A program made the position numbers and the translations under genes. Source: Octopus sinensis (taxonomy: Eukaryota). From it: 64,000 nucleotides of DNA. Every line of letters begins with the position of its first letter. Within the stretch, counting starts at the first letter, position 1. The notes below the pieces were generated by a model that saw only the letters and a program-made list of their open reading frames with translations, was not told the origin of the DNA and did not search any database. Positions 1 to 14,833 of the stretch are shown piece after piece. The DNA lies in contig NC_043005.1 of the NCBI RefSeq assembly GCF_006345805.1, positions 79,422,001 to 79,486,000 on the forward strand, written 5' to 3'.

Positions 1-138
1 GGTACTTAATTTATCGACCCCGAAAGGATGAAAGGCAAAGTCGACCTCGGCGGAATTTGAACTCAGAACGTAACGGCAGACGAAATACGGCTTCGCATTT
101 CGCCCGACGTGCTAACGGTTCTGCCAGCTCACCGCCTT
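1..138 (-). mobile_element. SINE family A, 5' part cut by window edge
   Basis: Reverse complement reads AAGGCGGTGAGCTGGCAGAACCGTTAGCAC...GTTCTGAGTTCAAATTCC...CTTTCATCCTTTCGGGGTCGATAAATTAAGTACC, matching the full copy at 5982-6214; B-box-like GAGTTCAAATTCC. Confidence 0.85.
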
Positions 139-344
139 AAACATTGAATAATATATTCCCAGAACACAACTCTTCAAAGCTGGAGATGCTGATCATTAAT
201 TCGAAAGACTTCGATCCCTTAGAGATAATTTAGAGTTAGACACGATTGGTAACATCAATACAGCTTTGCATTTTGTTTGCTTTAAGTGAATTTGATATAA
301 CTTTTAGATTTAAATTTGTTTTAAATAAATTAATAGGACGTAAG

Positions 345-470
345 CTTCGCTGTGTGGTAAGATGTTTGCTTCGAAACCACATGGTTCTGGGTTTCGTCCC
401 ACTATCTGGCACCGTGTACCCTCGAGCCATGTAACTGGATTTGGTAGACTGAAAACTCAGTGGAAGCCAA
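345..470 (+). mobile_element. CORE-type SINE family B, degraded 5' part
   Basis: GCTGTGTGGTAAGATGTTTGCTT...AACCACATGGTTCTGGGTTTCGTCCC...GGATTTGGTAGAC matches the head of the copies at 2821 and 50310. Confidence 0.7.
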
Positions 471-496
471 TAGTCTATCAATCTATCTATCCATCC

Positions 497-561
<65 letters not shown>

Positions 562-577
562 ACTATCTGTCTGCTTA

Positions 578-666
<89 letters not shown>

Positions 667-667
<1 letters not shown>

Positions 668-832
668 AACAATTGCAGCGTGGAAGGTGTTTATAAGCCA
701 TTTAAGAAACACACAAAAGCCGTTCGATTCACGAAAATATTTTGACAAATTAAACTTAAATGTTGAAGTGAATCGAACGGCTTTTATGTGTTCTTAAATG
801 GCTTATAAACTCCTTCCACGCTGCAATTGTTT
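667..832. repeat. Inverted repeat, about 66-bp arms with 35-bp spacer
   Basis: 667-732 is the reverse complement of 768-832 with 3 differences. Confidence 0.9.
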
Positions 833-907
833 TCGTTTCAGCACACGATCTCAGAACAAATTACTTGCTATGCGAGTACATCTCCGTAATATATATATAT
901 ATATAAT

Positions 908-947
<40 letters not shown>

Positions 948-959
948 CGTGTGTCTTTG

Positions 960-1135
960 TGTGTCCCTCACCACCGCATTATGAACGGTGTTGGTGTGTT
1001 TACACCCGTGCACCTTAGCGATTCGGTTACTCATCTATAGAATAAATACCAGGCCTTAAGAAAAATAAACTCAGCGGTAAATATATTCGACTAGAAGTTC
1101 TTCAAGGCGGTGCCCCAGCATGACCGCAGTCTAAT
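960..1135 (+). mobile_element. SINE family B, 3' part
   Basis: GGTGTTGGTGTGTTTAC...ATAGAATAAATACCAGGC...AAGGCGGTGCCCCAGCATGACCGCAGTC tail. Confidence 0.7.
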
Positions 1136-1461
1136 CATTGAAACAAGTTCAAAATAAACGTAGAAGATGCAATACCAATATTAAATACTGAAGCAAATTG
1201 ACGGATTTTATACTTAAAACGATTTATCCATGCAAAGCGTTTTTCGGACAGACTCGTAAGCACGCCAGGCAAAATACTTAGCTGCATGTCGTCCGTTGTA
1301 ACATCCTGAAGTCTAATTCCACCGATGACGACCTTACCTTTCATTATTTTGGGGTCGATAAGATAAGTACCAGTTGAACACTGGGCTCAATGTTATCCAC
1401 TTATTCATTCCTCGAAATTGCAAGCCGATGGTAATTCCAATGACCGCATATAAGACATATA

Positions 1462-1730
1462 CTCTTACGCTTTGTACTTGTTTCAGTCATTTGACTGTGG
1501 CCATGCTGGAGCACCGCCTTTTAGTCGAGCAAATCGACCCCAAGATTTATTCTTTGTAACCATAGTAATTATTCTATCGGTCCCTTTTTGCCGAACCGCT
1601 AAGTTACGGGGAAGTAAACACACCAGCATCGGTTGTCAAGCGATGTTGGCGGGGGGACAAACGCAGACACACAAACATATTGACACACGCATATATAAAT
1701 ATATGTGTATGTATGTGTGTGTATGATAAT

Positions 1731-1782
<52 letters not shown>

Positions 1783-1960
1783 CATATATATATATATACC
1801 ACACATATATACATATACATATATACGACGAGCTTCTTTCAAATCCACTCATAAGGCTTTGGTCGCTCGAGGCTATAGTTGCCTAAGGTGCCACGCAGTG
1901 GTACTGAACCCAGAACCATGTGGTTCGTAAGCAAGCTACTTACCACACAGCCACTCCTAC
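1462..1960 (-). mobile_element. CORE-type SINE family B, near full length (OR-like octopus SINE)
   Basis: Minus strand: tRNA-like head GGAGTGGCTGTGTGGTAAG...GGTTCTGGGTTCAGT, CORE-like CACCTTAGGCAA segment, internal TA/TG tract, tail GGCGGTGCTCCAGCATGGCCACAGTCAAATGACTGAAACAAGT. Confidence 0.85.
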
Positions 1961-2820
1961 GCATGTGTATGTGGAATATAATAAGGTGAATATTGTTTGG
2001 GCTTTGTTGCGTTTTATCAGCTTTTTCAGGTCCGGTGTGCTTTCATTTGTGAGGTGATATATTAGAAAATGTAGCCATTGAAACTGCTATGACAGCGTTT
2101 CGTAAGTTTTGCATGTTACATCACCATTAAAATTAACTATTACGTGTGTTGTATCTTTTATTATATGATGTTCCTTACTTAGAAATTGCTGAATACAAAA
2201 CATCATATATTGATATGCGAAGCAATAGATATTGTACATCTTAGCTTCCGTATCGACTTGACATAGCCAGTCTCGATAAAATACATAGGTACCTGGCATT
2301 GCCGATGAAGACATGGTTTCATCTAGAACCGTGATTATTGTTAATTAACTGTTCCAAGTCGTTTATCTAGTGTTACTTTAAGTCAGCAATCCCCAGCACC
2401 AAGAATAAATGCATGAGTAAATTCTTAGACGATAGGTCTATGTCTCACTTTCCACGAAGGTTTACGAAGTAATTCTCTGTCTATAAATTTATACCAGGTC
2501 AAGTGTGACAAAGTTAAGATTGCGTGTGGTTGATGCCTACGTTTCGAAGGTTAAAGAGGAGTGAATAAGATATCGTGTGGAACAACGTTTGCATTGTCAA
2601 AGGTGGCAGTTGAAAGGTCATTGAAGCAAATAACACTTTGGGAGCCATTACCGAATCGTGATGTAAACTAAAGGCAAGAGAGTGTCAGACGAATAGAGCC
2701 GCTTTGATAATATGAGGCGATAAATAGGCCCGATTGGTGGATGGAGCCCTTAAGCAGGTAAGTTAACTGACAAGCTCGATGACCGAAATGCATTATCACA
2801 GGGTAGGTGTTGTCAAATAA

Positions 2821-3195
2821 GGTGTGGCTGTGTGGTAAGAAACTTGCTTCCCAACCACATGGTTCTTGGTTCAGTCTCATAGCGTGACACCTTGAACACG
2901 TGTATTTTTTTTCTACCATAGCCTCAGGCTGACCGAAATCCTGTGAGTGAACTTGGGGGACGGGAACTGGAAAAAAACGCACCGTGTATGAATATTTGTG
3001 TCTGTATTTGTTTCTTCCCCACAGACACTACTTGACAACCGGTATTGGTGTGTTAACGCACCCGTAAATTAGCGGTTCGGCACAAAAGAGCGATAGAATA
3101 AGTCGTAGGCTTAAAAAGTCCTGGGCGATTTGTTTGACTAAAATCATTCAAGGTGCTCTCCAGCAAAGCCTCAGTCAAATGACCGAAGCAAGTAA
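2821..3195 (+). mobile_element. CORE-type SINE family B
   Basis: GGTGTGGCTGTGTGGTAAG head through CAGTCAAATGACCGAAGCAAGTAAA tail; colinear with other copies. Confidence 0.85.
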
Positions 3196-3616
3196 ATGAA
3201 AACAATTAGAATAATAATTGAATATATAAATAGATTCATTAATTAATTAAACCGAGATTGGTTTCAGTACTGTTCTATAGAGCGCGCAGTAACTAGGAGA
3301 AAACTAGATATAATCGTCAATCTCCGTCAGACCTGGGCGTATAAAGGCTAAAATGATGTTTATTATGAGGAACATCAGTTCAGCATTATATAAGCCGGAT
3401 CTAGCGGGGATTGGGAAAGAAGACTGGAAGGGACGAAGAAAATTTTTCAAGTCGGTGTCTTAGATTAGCTTCGGGATAGATTAACACGACTAACTAGATA
3501 GATAACTAGACTAACATGTCAATCTAATCAATACATCTAGGTTTATTTGTCCCTTCTTTTCGTAAATTTGATATTCCTGTTCAATCTATTCAAAACACAG
3601 CTCAAAATAGCCTTTC

Positions 3617-3830
3617 TACGAGGGGGTGCTGAAAAGTTCCTGGCTTTTAGGATGTCACCACAGGCCTGGTTGGAGGCCCGGCTTCCTTAGATTTTTACAG
3701 GCCTTAGAAGAACTGAAGGACCGCAGCAATAAATGTGTGAATCTGAGAGGGGAATATGTTGGATAAAATCATAATCAAGTGATCCTCCTGTATTTTTTTT
3801 GTTACCTAAAGCCAGGATCTTTTCAGCACA
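3617..3830 (+). mobile_element. Internally deleted mariner element (MITE-like)
   Basis: TA, then left TIR CGAGGGGGTGCTGAAAAGTTCCTGGCTTT; partial right TIR AAAGCCAGGATCTTTTCAGCAC (3808-3829); interior translates as GLEELKDRSNKCVNLRGEYVG*, a typical mariner transposase C-terminus. Confidence 0.8.
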
Positions 3831-4990
3831 ATGTATATATCATACTAAAAGTATACACACGGTCACTGGGCCAGTTGCAATAGGTCCTGAAAATTCGTTC
3901 CCATAGTGGCCTGCGAGAGCGCCACGCCGTTGGGCTTTGCTAGGACGAATTTGTCTCCCTCTGATATTTTCTTTGTTTTAACACAGCACACCCTTAAAAG
4001 ATATTATCACAGGTCAAATACTTATTTGTATGCGCCTTAATTGCGTCTACAGGATGTTAGTTGATCGAAGCGATGACTGAGTTACATGCGTACAACACAT
4101 TTAATCTGCAATAACGAGGTGAAAGAAGATATTTGAATTGTCTGTTTGCGATCTGAAACAGAAAATTAGAACGGCCAAATTAAGTTTGCAATGAAAGTGT
4201 TTCTAATCCGACATTCAATCACTCTCTGCATTTCTGCTAACCCGCTAACCTACATCAAGAAATGAATTATTTATTTCGATTAGTGTAATGAGGGTGACAC
4301 TAAATAAACACATTCAGAACCATGTCACACGGGACCCTCTACGTTGTCCTCAGACCTGCTTGAAATAACAACCAAATGCCAGCCTATTACCTTAAAGAAT
4401 GATATCTAATCAGAGATTAAATAACTTGGGAATATTAACATCAATTTGTTTCAAAGTTTCATTGGAGGCCAGAATATATTCGTAGATTATAGCCAATAAT
4501 GTATGAATAGACAGTTGTTAAAACCTTGTGACCGTGTCTTGTTAACGTGAATAGTATTTTATTCAACACGTTATGAAAACGTGGTCTATATAATTTACTG
4601 CATATTATATGCTATATGTCACTATATATTATTGCATATATATAACCAGTCATGCGTTATGAATGCAAACTTGTCTAATTTACTTGGAAAGAACAGCTTT
4701 ATAAACCTGTATCACCGTGAAAATTTTAAGAGATACTGATACGATGAAGAAGGCCGAATCACATGCTCGAAACCGGTTCGAATGATTACTATTTTTCATC
4801 CAACAATGTATTGTGTATAGAGACGATCTATTTACTCACACACACTCGCGCGCGCGCACACACACTACACACATACACATACAAACACACACACACACAT
4901 AATTTCTGTGGAAGTTGGGTAACTGGATTTATGATTTCTAGGACTCGTGACAGCACTAAAACTAAAGGAAACACGTCTCTAACTATCTAT

Positions 4991-5050
<60 letters not shown>

Positions 5051-5084
5051 TCGAAGCCACTTTAACAGGGCTGTCCGTTCGAGC

Positions 5085-5202
5085 GATTCAGTCCCACTGC
5101 GTGGCGCGTTTGGGCAAGTGACTTCTACTATAGCCTCGGGTCGACCAAAGGATTGTGAGTGGATTTGGTAGACGGAAACTGAAAGAAGCCTGAAGTATAT
5201 AC

Positions 5203-5250
<48 letters not shown>

Positions 5251-5466
5251 ATATGTTCGTGTGTCTGTGTTTGTCCCCCTCCCCCAACATCGTTTGATAA
5301 CCGATGCTGGTGTGTTTACGTCCCCGTAACTTAGCGGTTCGGCAAAAGAGACCAATAGAATAAGTACTAGGCTTACAAAGAATAAGTCCTGGGGTCGATT
5401 TGCTCAACTGAAGGCTGTGCTCCAGCATGGCCATAGTCGCATGACTGAAGCAAGTAAAAGAGTATA
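5085..5466 (+). mobile_element. CORE-type SINE family B, 5'-truncated
   Basis: TTCAGTCCCACTGCGTGG...TTGGGCAAGTGACTTCTACTATAGCCTC (MIR/CORE-like) through the GACTGAAGCAAGTAAAAGAG tail. Confidence 0.85.
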
Positions 5467-5520
5467 AGAGTATGTATATAAATATATGTATCTAGATATA
5501 TGTGTGTGTATAGACACACG

Positions 5521-5605
<85 letters not shown>

Positions 5606-5701
5606 CATTATATATTTTTATATAGCATAAAGTGTAGCTGTATAAGAGTCACATTAATCTTGGTGCTAGCGAGGAATTAGCGATGCGATACCTCTACTTA
5701 C

Positions 5702-5740
5702 CAAAATCGCAACACACTCTCTTCGAATTAAACTCTATGG
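5702..5740 (-). other. Candidate 39-nt micro-exon of an unidentified host gene
   Basis: Pyrimidine-rich tract + AG, then exon, then GTAAGT donor; open in phase 1-1 (AIEFNSKRVCCDF); no recognised homology. Confidence 0.25.
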
Positions 5741-5981
5741 CTTTACACGAGGAAGAACACATCGGGTATAGAAAAGAAAGGGGGGAAAAACGCAAGTCAA
5801 AGCTTTGCTTTATTAGTGCTAATTTGTGGGCAGGGGTAAAAACTACGGTAACATCAACAATATTATCAACAAGATCTGCAACTACAGCAACAACAACAAC
5901 AACCCCCAGCAACAATAGCAATTAGATTTTCTGAAGATCTTCCAGCACTTAAGAACGATCTTTCGTTATATAACAAATAAT

Positions 5982-6214
5982 AAGGCGGCGAGCTGGTAGA
6001 AACGTTAGCACGCCGGGCGAAATTCGTAGCCGTATTTCGTCTGTCGTTACGGTCCGAGTTCAAATTCCACCGAGGTCGACTTTGCCTTTCATCCTTTCGG
6101 GGTCGATAAATTAAGTACCAGTTACGCACTGGGGTCGATGTAGTCGACTTAATCCCTTTGTTTGTCCTTGTTTGTCCCCTCTGTGTTTAGCCCCTTGTGG
6201 GTAGTAAAGAAATA
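5982..6214 (+). mobile_element. SINE family A, full length, with 15-bp TSD
   Basis: AAGGCGGCGAGCTGG head to CCCCTTGTGGGTAGTAAAGAAATA tail; TATATAACAAATAAT at both 5967-5981 and 6215-6229. Confidence 0.9.
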
Positions 6215-6846
6215 TATATAACAAATAATGATACGTTATATAACAAATATAATACGTTATATAACAAATGATAATGCGATTTCTATCGAATTATGAGAGC
6301 GTGTTAATACACGATTAATTGCCAAATTAACAGTGACTGAACAGATTCGTTGAAGCGTTACAAAAATGACTTTGTGGGTTGTTGCGTTGTAACATCTACT
6401 TTATGAGTTCAAATTGTACTGCAGTAAACTTTGTCTGTCCCCCCACCTCAGGGGTTGATATGATAAAGCTCCAGTCAAGAAAGAGACTTTGTGGTATCGC
6501 CTCAAATTGCCGTGGGAACCGTAAAATTTCTGGCGTTGTGCTTATAATAGAAAGCATCAGTATCCGTACAATTTCGTTGGCCCCGTAAGCTTCTGTACAT
6601 AAAGGTTGGTCTATAAAATGTGGATTCAGAAGGCATCGAAACGGCTGTAATCCTAAGGATGCCGAGAAGTTAAATAAATATATACACCTCTTTTACGTCT
6701 TGGCGCTTTATGGTTTAAAGGTGATCCTATAGAATAAGGTATACCGAACAATATTCTGTTGCAGAGAGGAATTATTAGCAAAGCAAGAAAATTACCTTTT
6801 ATTGTTAGATGCCTTTAATTGAGAGACGCTACATTTAACGAGTTAC

Positions 6847-7511
6847 ATGGTAGTGGTGGGAGTTATAATAGTAGTGGTGGTGACAGTGATAGTAAGTAGT
6901 AGTAGTGGCGATGGTAGTGGTAGTAGTGGTGGTGGCGGTGGTAGTAGTGGTGGTGGCGGTGGCAGTAGTAGTAGTAATGCTGGTGGTGATGGTGGTAGTG
7001 GTTGTAGTAGTTGTAGACGGTGGCGGTTGTGGTGGTGGTAGTAGTAGTAGTAGTGGTGATGTAGTTGTGGGTGATGAAGAGGGTGATCATGTCTATGATG
7101 ATGATGCTGATTATAAAAATCCTGATAATTTTGTTAACTAGGATGATCTTGATAATTACGAAGAAGAAGGATGAGGAAAAGGAAGAAGACGATAACGATG
7201 ACCAGCCGAAGAATGATCTTTACGGTGATGATGGTGATGATGATGATGAAGATGATGATGAAGCTGATGATAACGAGGGAGAGAAAGAGCAACAAGAAAA
7301 AGAAGAGAATGAAGATGAAGACGACTACGACGACGGCAACGATGATGCTAACGAGGGTGATGATGATAACTGTGGGGGTGATAATGGTGGGGTGGTGGGG
7401 TCGTGGAGGTGGTGGTCGGGGTAATGATGATTAAACGGAAAATGAAGAGGTAGTAGTTGATGACAACGATGACGTTGATGTTGATGACGATGATGATGAT
7501 GTTAATGATGT

Positions 7512-7542
<31 letters not shown>

Positions 7543-7745
7543 AATGATGGTGATAATGATGATGATGACGATGATGATGATGATGATGTTGATGATGATG
7601 ACGATGTCAGCGACGATAACGATGATGACGATGACGATGATAATGATGATGATGACGACGACGACGAGAATGATAATGATGATGTTGGTGGTGGTGGTGG
7701 TGGTGGTGGTGCTGACAACTGTGATACGCTTCTGTTGCTAGTCTT
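6847..7745. repeat. Compound trinucleotide tract (GTA/GGT/GAT/GAC)
   Basis: Directly visible simple repeats; all overlapping ORFs are homopolymeric. Confidence 0.95.
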
Positions 7746-8075
7746 GATAACCGGCAATGAAGGGAGTAAGAAAGAAAGTAAAAAGGAAGAAAAAAAAAGA
7801 GTAGAGAAGGAGCAAAGACAGAGAGAGGCAGAGAGAAATGAAGCGAAAGAGGGAAAATGAAGATGCGAATAGAGAAAGGCATTAAACAGAAAAGAAGAAA
7901 AAGGAGGGGGGATAAAAATACAAAAAAACAACAAAGAATAATATAAGAAAATATTTAAAAAATACGATGAGAAGAAAAAGCAAGTAAGATGGCTGTCCTA
8001 GCATGAGGTGAGGTATTGGAAGTAGTTCTCTGTATGTCAGAAAAGCCCTGAAGGAACGAAAACATCTTAGCTTAC

Positions 8076-8096
8076 CCCATAAGCGAAAAGTGAAAA
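8076..8096 (-). other. Candidate 21-nt micro-exon
   Basis: TTTGTTTTATTTAAGTCCCTCCCAG acceptor and GTAAGC donor; open in phase 1-1 (VFTFRLW). Confidence 0.15.
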
Positions 8097-8699
8097 CTGG
8101 GAGGGACTTAAATAAAACAAAGATTGCAGCCTGCGTCACTTTCATCTTTAGCCCAGACCGCCAATTACATTCGGCAACATTTCACATACACGCACACACA
8201 TAGAAACACACAAACACACACACATACACACACTCACACACACATACAGACACACACACATGGAGACGCAAACACACAAGACACAAACACACACACACAC
8301 GTATACACACATAGAAAAAACATATAGAAATAAACACATATACACACACAAGAGACACACACATATGTACACACACATGCACATACACACACACATATAC
8401 ACACACAGACACAGACACAAACATACACACACGCACACACGTATACACACGCGCATTTCGCATCAGGGAAAGAGTATAACGGAAGAAGATAATGATGATG
8501 ATGATGATGATGATAATGTGAGAATAATGATGAGATAGGGGAAATGATGGTAAAGGTAATGATGATGATGATGATGATGAGATGAGGAGGAGGGAGGTGG
8601 AGGAGGATAACAATGACAGTGATAATTATAATGAAGGGGATTAACCTTTAAAAATGGTTTTGCAAATCAATTTTTTTAAATATTCAACTACTGTTTGTT

Positions 8700-8977
8700 T
8701 TAACACTGTTTATTATTGTTGTTGTTGTTGCTTTTCATCTTCGTCTTCCTTTTCTTCTTCTCCTTCTTCTTTTTCTTCTACTTCTTTTCCTTCTTTTTCT
8801 CCTCCTCCTCCTTCTTCTTACTCTTCTTCTCTTCTTCTTCTTCTTCTTCTTCTTCCCTCCTTCTTCTTACTCTTCTTCTTCTTCTTCTTCTTTTTCGTAT
8901 GCTTCTTCGTCTTCTTCTTCGTAGTCGTCGTCATCTATTTGCTCTTTTCCTTCTTCTATTTCTTCTTTATAACTACT

Positions 8978-9020
<43 letters not shown>

Positions 9021-9112
9021 AACTGCAGCTGCTGCTGCTGATACTACTACTACTACTACTACTACCACTACCACTACCACCACCACCTTCATCATCACCA
9101 TCAGCATCTTCG

Positions 9113-9146
<34 letters not shown>

Positions 9147-9150
9147 AATC
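8700..9150. repeat. (CTT)n/(CTA)n/(CAT)n tract
   Basis: Simple repeats. Confidence 0.95.
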
Positions 9151-9222
9151 ACAATCATTTAATGGTGACATCACTTGTGCCGCCACAATGATTTCTGCCT
9201 TAACCTTTGTCTGGTCCCTTAC

Positions 9223-9269
9223 CATATTTCTTCGATCCTTCGCTCCTGTACTTCAAACCCATCAGCCGG
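9223..9269 (-). other. Candidate 47-nt exon of an unidentified host gene
   Basis: TTTTGACAG acceptor and ATG|GTAAGG donor in a unique-looking island between low-complexity tracts; two open frames (RLMGLKYRSEGSKKY or PADGFEVQERRIEEI). Confidence 0.35.
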
Positions 9270-9329
9270 CTGTCAAAACATTGCTGGTATTATTAATTAT
9301 GCAAATTATTTGCCTCTTCTTTAATGATT

Positions 9330-9700
9330 ATTCAGAAGAAGAATGAGCAGAAGAAGAAGAAGAAGTAGAAGAAGAAGAAGAAGAAGGAGGAGGAGGTGGA
9401 GGAGGAGGAGCTGAAAGAACAAAGAAGAAGCAAGAAGGAGAAGAAGGATGAGGAGGAGAAAAAGAAGACGAAGAAGAAGAAGCAGAAGGAGGTGGAGGAG
9501 GAGGAGCTGAAAGAACAAAAAAGAAGAAGCAAGAAGAAGGAGAAGAAGGAGAAGAAGACAAAAGAAGAAAGAAGAAGAAGCAGAAGAAGAAGCAGAAGAA
9601 GAAGAAGAAGAAGAAGAAGAAGAAGAATGAGGAGGAGAAAAAGAAGACGAAGAAGAAGCAGGAGGAGGCGGAGAAGAAGACACGAAAAATAGAAATAAGA
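9330..9700. repeat. (GAA)n/(GGA)n purine tract with internal duplication
   Basis: Simple repeats; GGAGGTGGAGGAGGAGCTGAAAGAACAA-type unit occurs twice. Confidence 0.95.
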
Positions 9701-10034
9701 AGGAAAGATAATGTTGACGTTATCTCTAATTCATGTATCGCACAATTCGCAGAATCATTAGAATCTACTGATGTTCGAATTCCACCAAGAGAACTTTTGT
9801 TCTCTCAGGGGTCGGTGAAAAATTGCTAGCAATTGTGCACAAGGGGGCAAACAATCCCCTCTGCCGAAATTACTGGCCTTGCGTCAAAATTTGAAACCGA
9901 TATTTGAGGTAGTGGGTTCGATTCTCGGCCGGGGTCCGTTGTGACGTCACTGGTGCAAAGCTGTATCGACCTTTGCATTTCTCTTGGATAACGTCGTGGC
10001 GTGGTATACAAGGGCGAGTGTTGGTCTTCCATAC

Positions 10035-10078
<44 letters not shown>

Positions 10079-10119
10079 CACACACGACACACACATACCA
10101 CACACACCACACACACCAC

Positions 10120-10151
<32 letters not shown>

Positions 10152-10221
10152 CTGTTTGTATATATATGTAATATATATGTATATTCTGTGTGTATATATA
10201 TGTATATATATATATATAGAT

Positions 10222-10253
<32 letters not shown>

Positions 10254-10504
10254 ATATAATTCCTCTAATTCCCTTTTTTCTTCCCTTCACCGTTTTTCTC
10301 TCTCTCTCTTCTCTCTTCTATCTTTTCTCCTGTCAAAGAAAATACTCCTCCAGCGTTCGCTATTTTAGCCTCCATGTATGGTTTCGTTCACTTTCATTGT
10401 ATGTCTCCACTGTTGTGATTGAGTTCCCAACTTTCACCCTCCATAAATACCAATTTTATTTTGGTACTTATGGGACCAACTGTATTCGAATACTCATATT
10501 GTCA

Positions 10505-10850
10505 TTCAATGCTCGAAATCAGGAGTAGACAAACAGCCGGCAACTGATGAAGGGTCGTTATCTATGTTACTTGCTCTGTCTTCCATGTCTCTCTCGTCGT
10601 TTGCGTATTGAACGCATTTGCTTTCCTATTTCATGCAGTTTACTGTTGGTAACTTCCTGTAACCATATATGCATGCATATATCCATGCATACGCACATCT
10701 TTTGTCTCTCCTTGTTTTTTTTGTTTCCCCTTTGCAGAAGAGCGTAGGCTCGAAACGTAAAAGATTTTTTTAATTCCTGAGCGTTATACTAATACATCTG
10801 TTTGTCTTGTACACCACCTGTCTTCGTCTTTTGCTTTTTTCGTGAACTCT
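10505..10850 (+). mobile_element. Non-autonomous, probably PLE-derived repeat with hammerhead-like boxes
   Basis: CAACTGATGAAGGGTCGTT module is shared with 38700-38830; GAAGAGCGTAGGCTCGAAACGTAAAAGA module is shared with 44265-44360. Confidence 0.55.
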
Positions 10851-10973
10851 ACCCCCTATATATATATATATACATACATATATACATACATACGTACATA
10901 CATACATACATACATACATACATACATACATACATACATACATACATACATACATACATGCATACATACATAC

Positions 10974-13270
<2,297 letters not shown>

Positions 13271-14029
13271 GTATGTATTATCCGAATATATATTATATAT
13301 CCGACACGTCTGATTTTACCAATCGATTATATAACCTTACACTCATCAGAGTTAGCCAATATGAAAGGGAATATGAGAACTCTCTCCTATTGACAGATAT
13401 ATGAATGCATCTTTTCCCTGGTTTATGGTTTCTTATATATATATATATATATATACATGTGTGTGTGTGGTGTGTAGTAGCATAAGCGTTGGGTATGTAC
13501 CTAGTAGTTAGCCAGTGAAGCATGTTCACTGCCTATAGCTACCTGACGGTATTTTTACAATTGTTACTTGATCTACCTCAGGAATGCTGAGTGCTTGGGC
13601 GTGTGTGCGTGTCTGTCTGTGTGTGTGCTTGTGTGTGTGTGTTTGTCTGTGTGAGTGTGGTGTGTGTGTGTGTTTCTGTAATTGAATGCATATCTATAGA
13701 AAAATTTCATAAGATCACCTACCTAGCCTACCTAACCTACTCACAAACACATACACACAAACACATGTAGAGAGAGAGAGAGAGAGGGAGGAGAGAGAGG
13801 GAGAGAGAAGGAGAAAGGAAGAGAGAGGAGTGAGAGAGAGTTCGAGAGAGAAAGAATGAGAGCGGAGAGAATGTGTAAGAGAGAGAGACAGGGAGAGAAA
13901 GTGAACGAGAGAGAGAGAGAGAGAGAGGGTAACACCTATTTAGTTGACATAAGAGTTTTGCCAAGATCTTTCTATTCCGAGCTTGACAGAGCAACGAAAT
14001 ACCACAAGTATTTTGACCAATTCCTGGAC

Positions 14030-14185
14030 CGGGCGACGCGTTGTGTTCTTGAGCAAAACATCTCATTTCACGTTGCTCCAGTGCACATAACTTTGCTATG
14101 GACTGGCGTCCTGTCCAGCTGGGGAAAAACTACGCCATAGAAACCGGGATAACGGGCCCATCAGCCTTAAAGGCTTTAAAAAGGG
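14030..14185 (+). mobile_element. SINE fragment (CORE-like body, ATGGACTGGCGTCC segment and tail)
   Basis: TTGTGTTCTTGAGCAAAACA...TTCACGTTGCTCCAG...GAAACCGGGATAACGGGCCCAT; related to 43975-44150. Confidence 0.55.
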
Positions 14186-14479
14186 CACATTTATTAAAAT
14201 TTTTATTTATTTTGCCCAATACCTTACCAAATTCAGAAACAAGCTGGCCCGATAACTAATCACAAATAAAAGACAGAAAACTTCTTTGAATTGTTAAACA
14301 AGATGGCGACAATGACGTTACAAGTGAACATCAGCTGAAGATAACAATGGCCACATCCATTCATGCAAGATGCATGTCTTTTGTTCTGCACCAACACAAT
14401 ATCAACTATTTCATCAATCATCTCACTATCCACCTTATTATCTATTTATTTATGTGCGTATATACGCTGTTATCACTAC

Positions 14480-14771
14480 TATGCTACATAAATGTGAGCA
14501 CAAACCACATGTGCATATATATACATACACATGTATGTGTGTGTGCATATATATATACATATATATATATACACACATATATATGTGTGTGTGTGTGTGT
14601 ATATTATATATATATATACATATGTATATATGTATATATGTATATATATGTATATATACACGCACAAATATATATATACATATATATAGGTATAAACATA
14701 CGTATACATATATATGTGTATCTAGCCAGCTATTTATCTCTATCAATCTTTATCTATCTATCTATCAATCT

Positions 14772-14833
<62 letters not shown>

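Noticed and set aside
9290-9315. Octamer ATGCAAAT within a TAATTA-rich patch
   Set aside because: A short motif expected by chance in AT-rich DNA; cannot be called regulatory without conservation data.
6847-9700. Long ORFs rich in S, D, E, L, M, H or T
   Set aside because: Translations of trinucleotide repeats that are open in several frames and on both strands; no domain signature.
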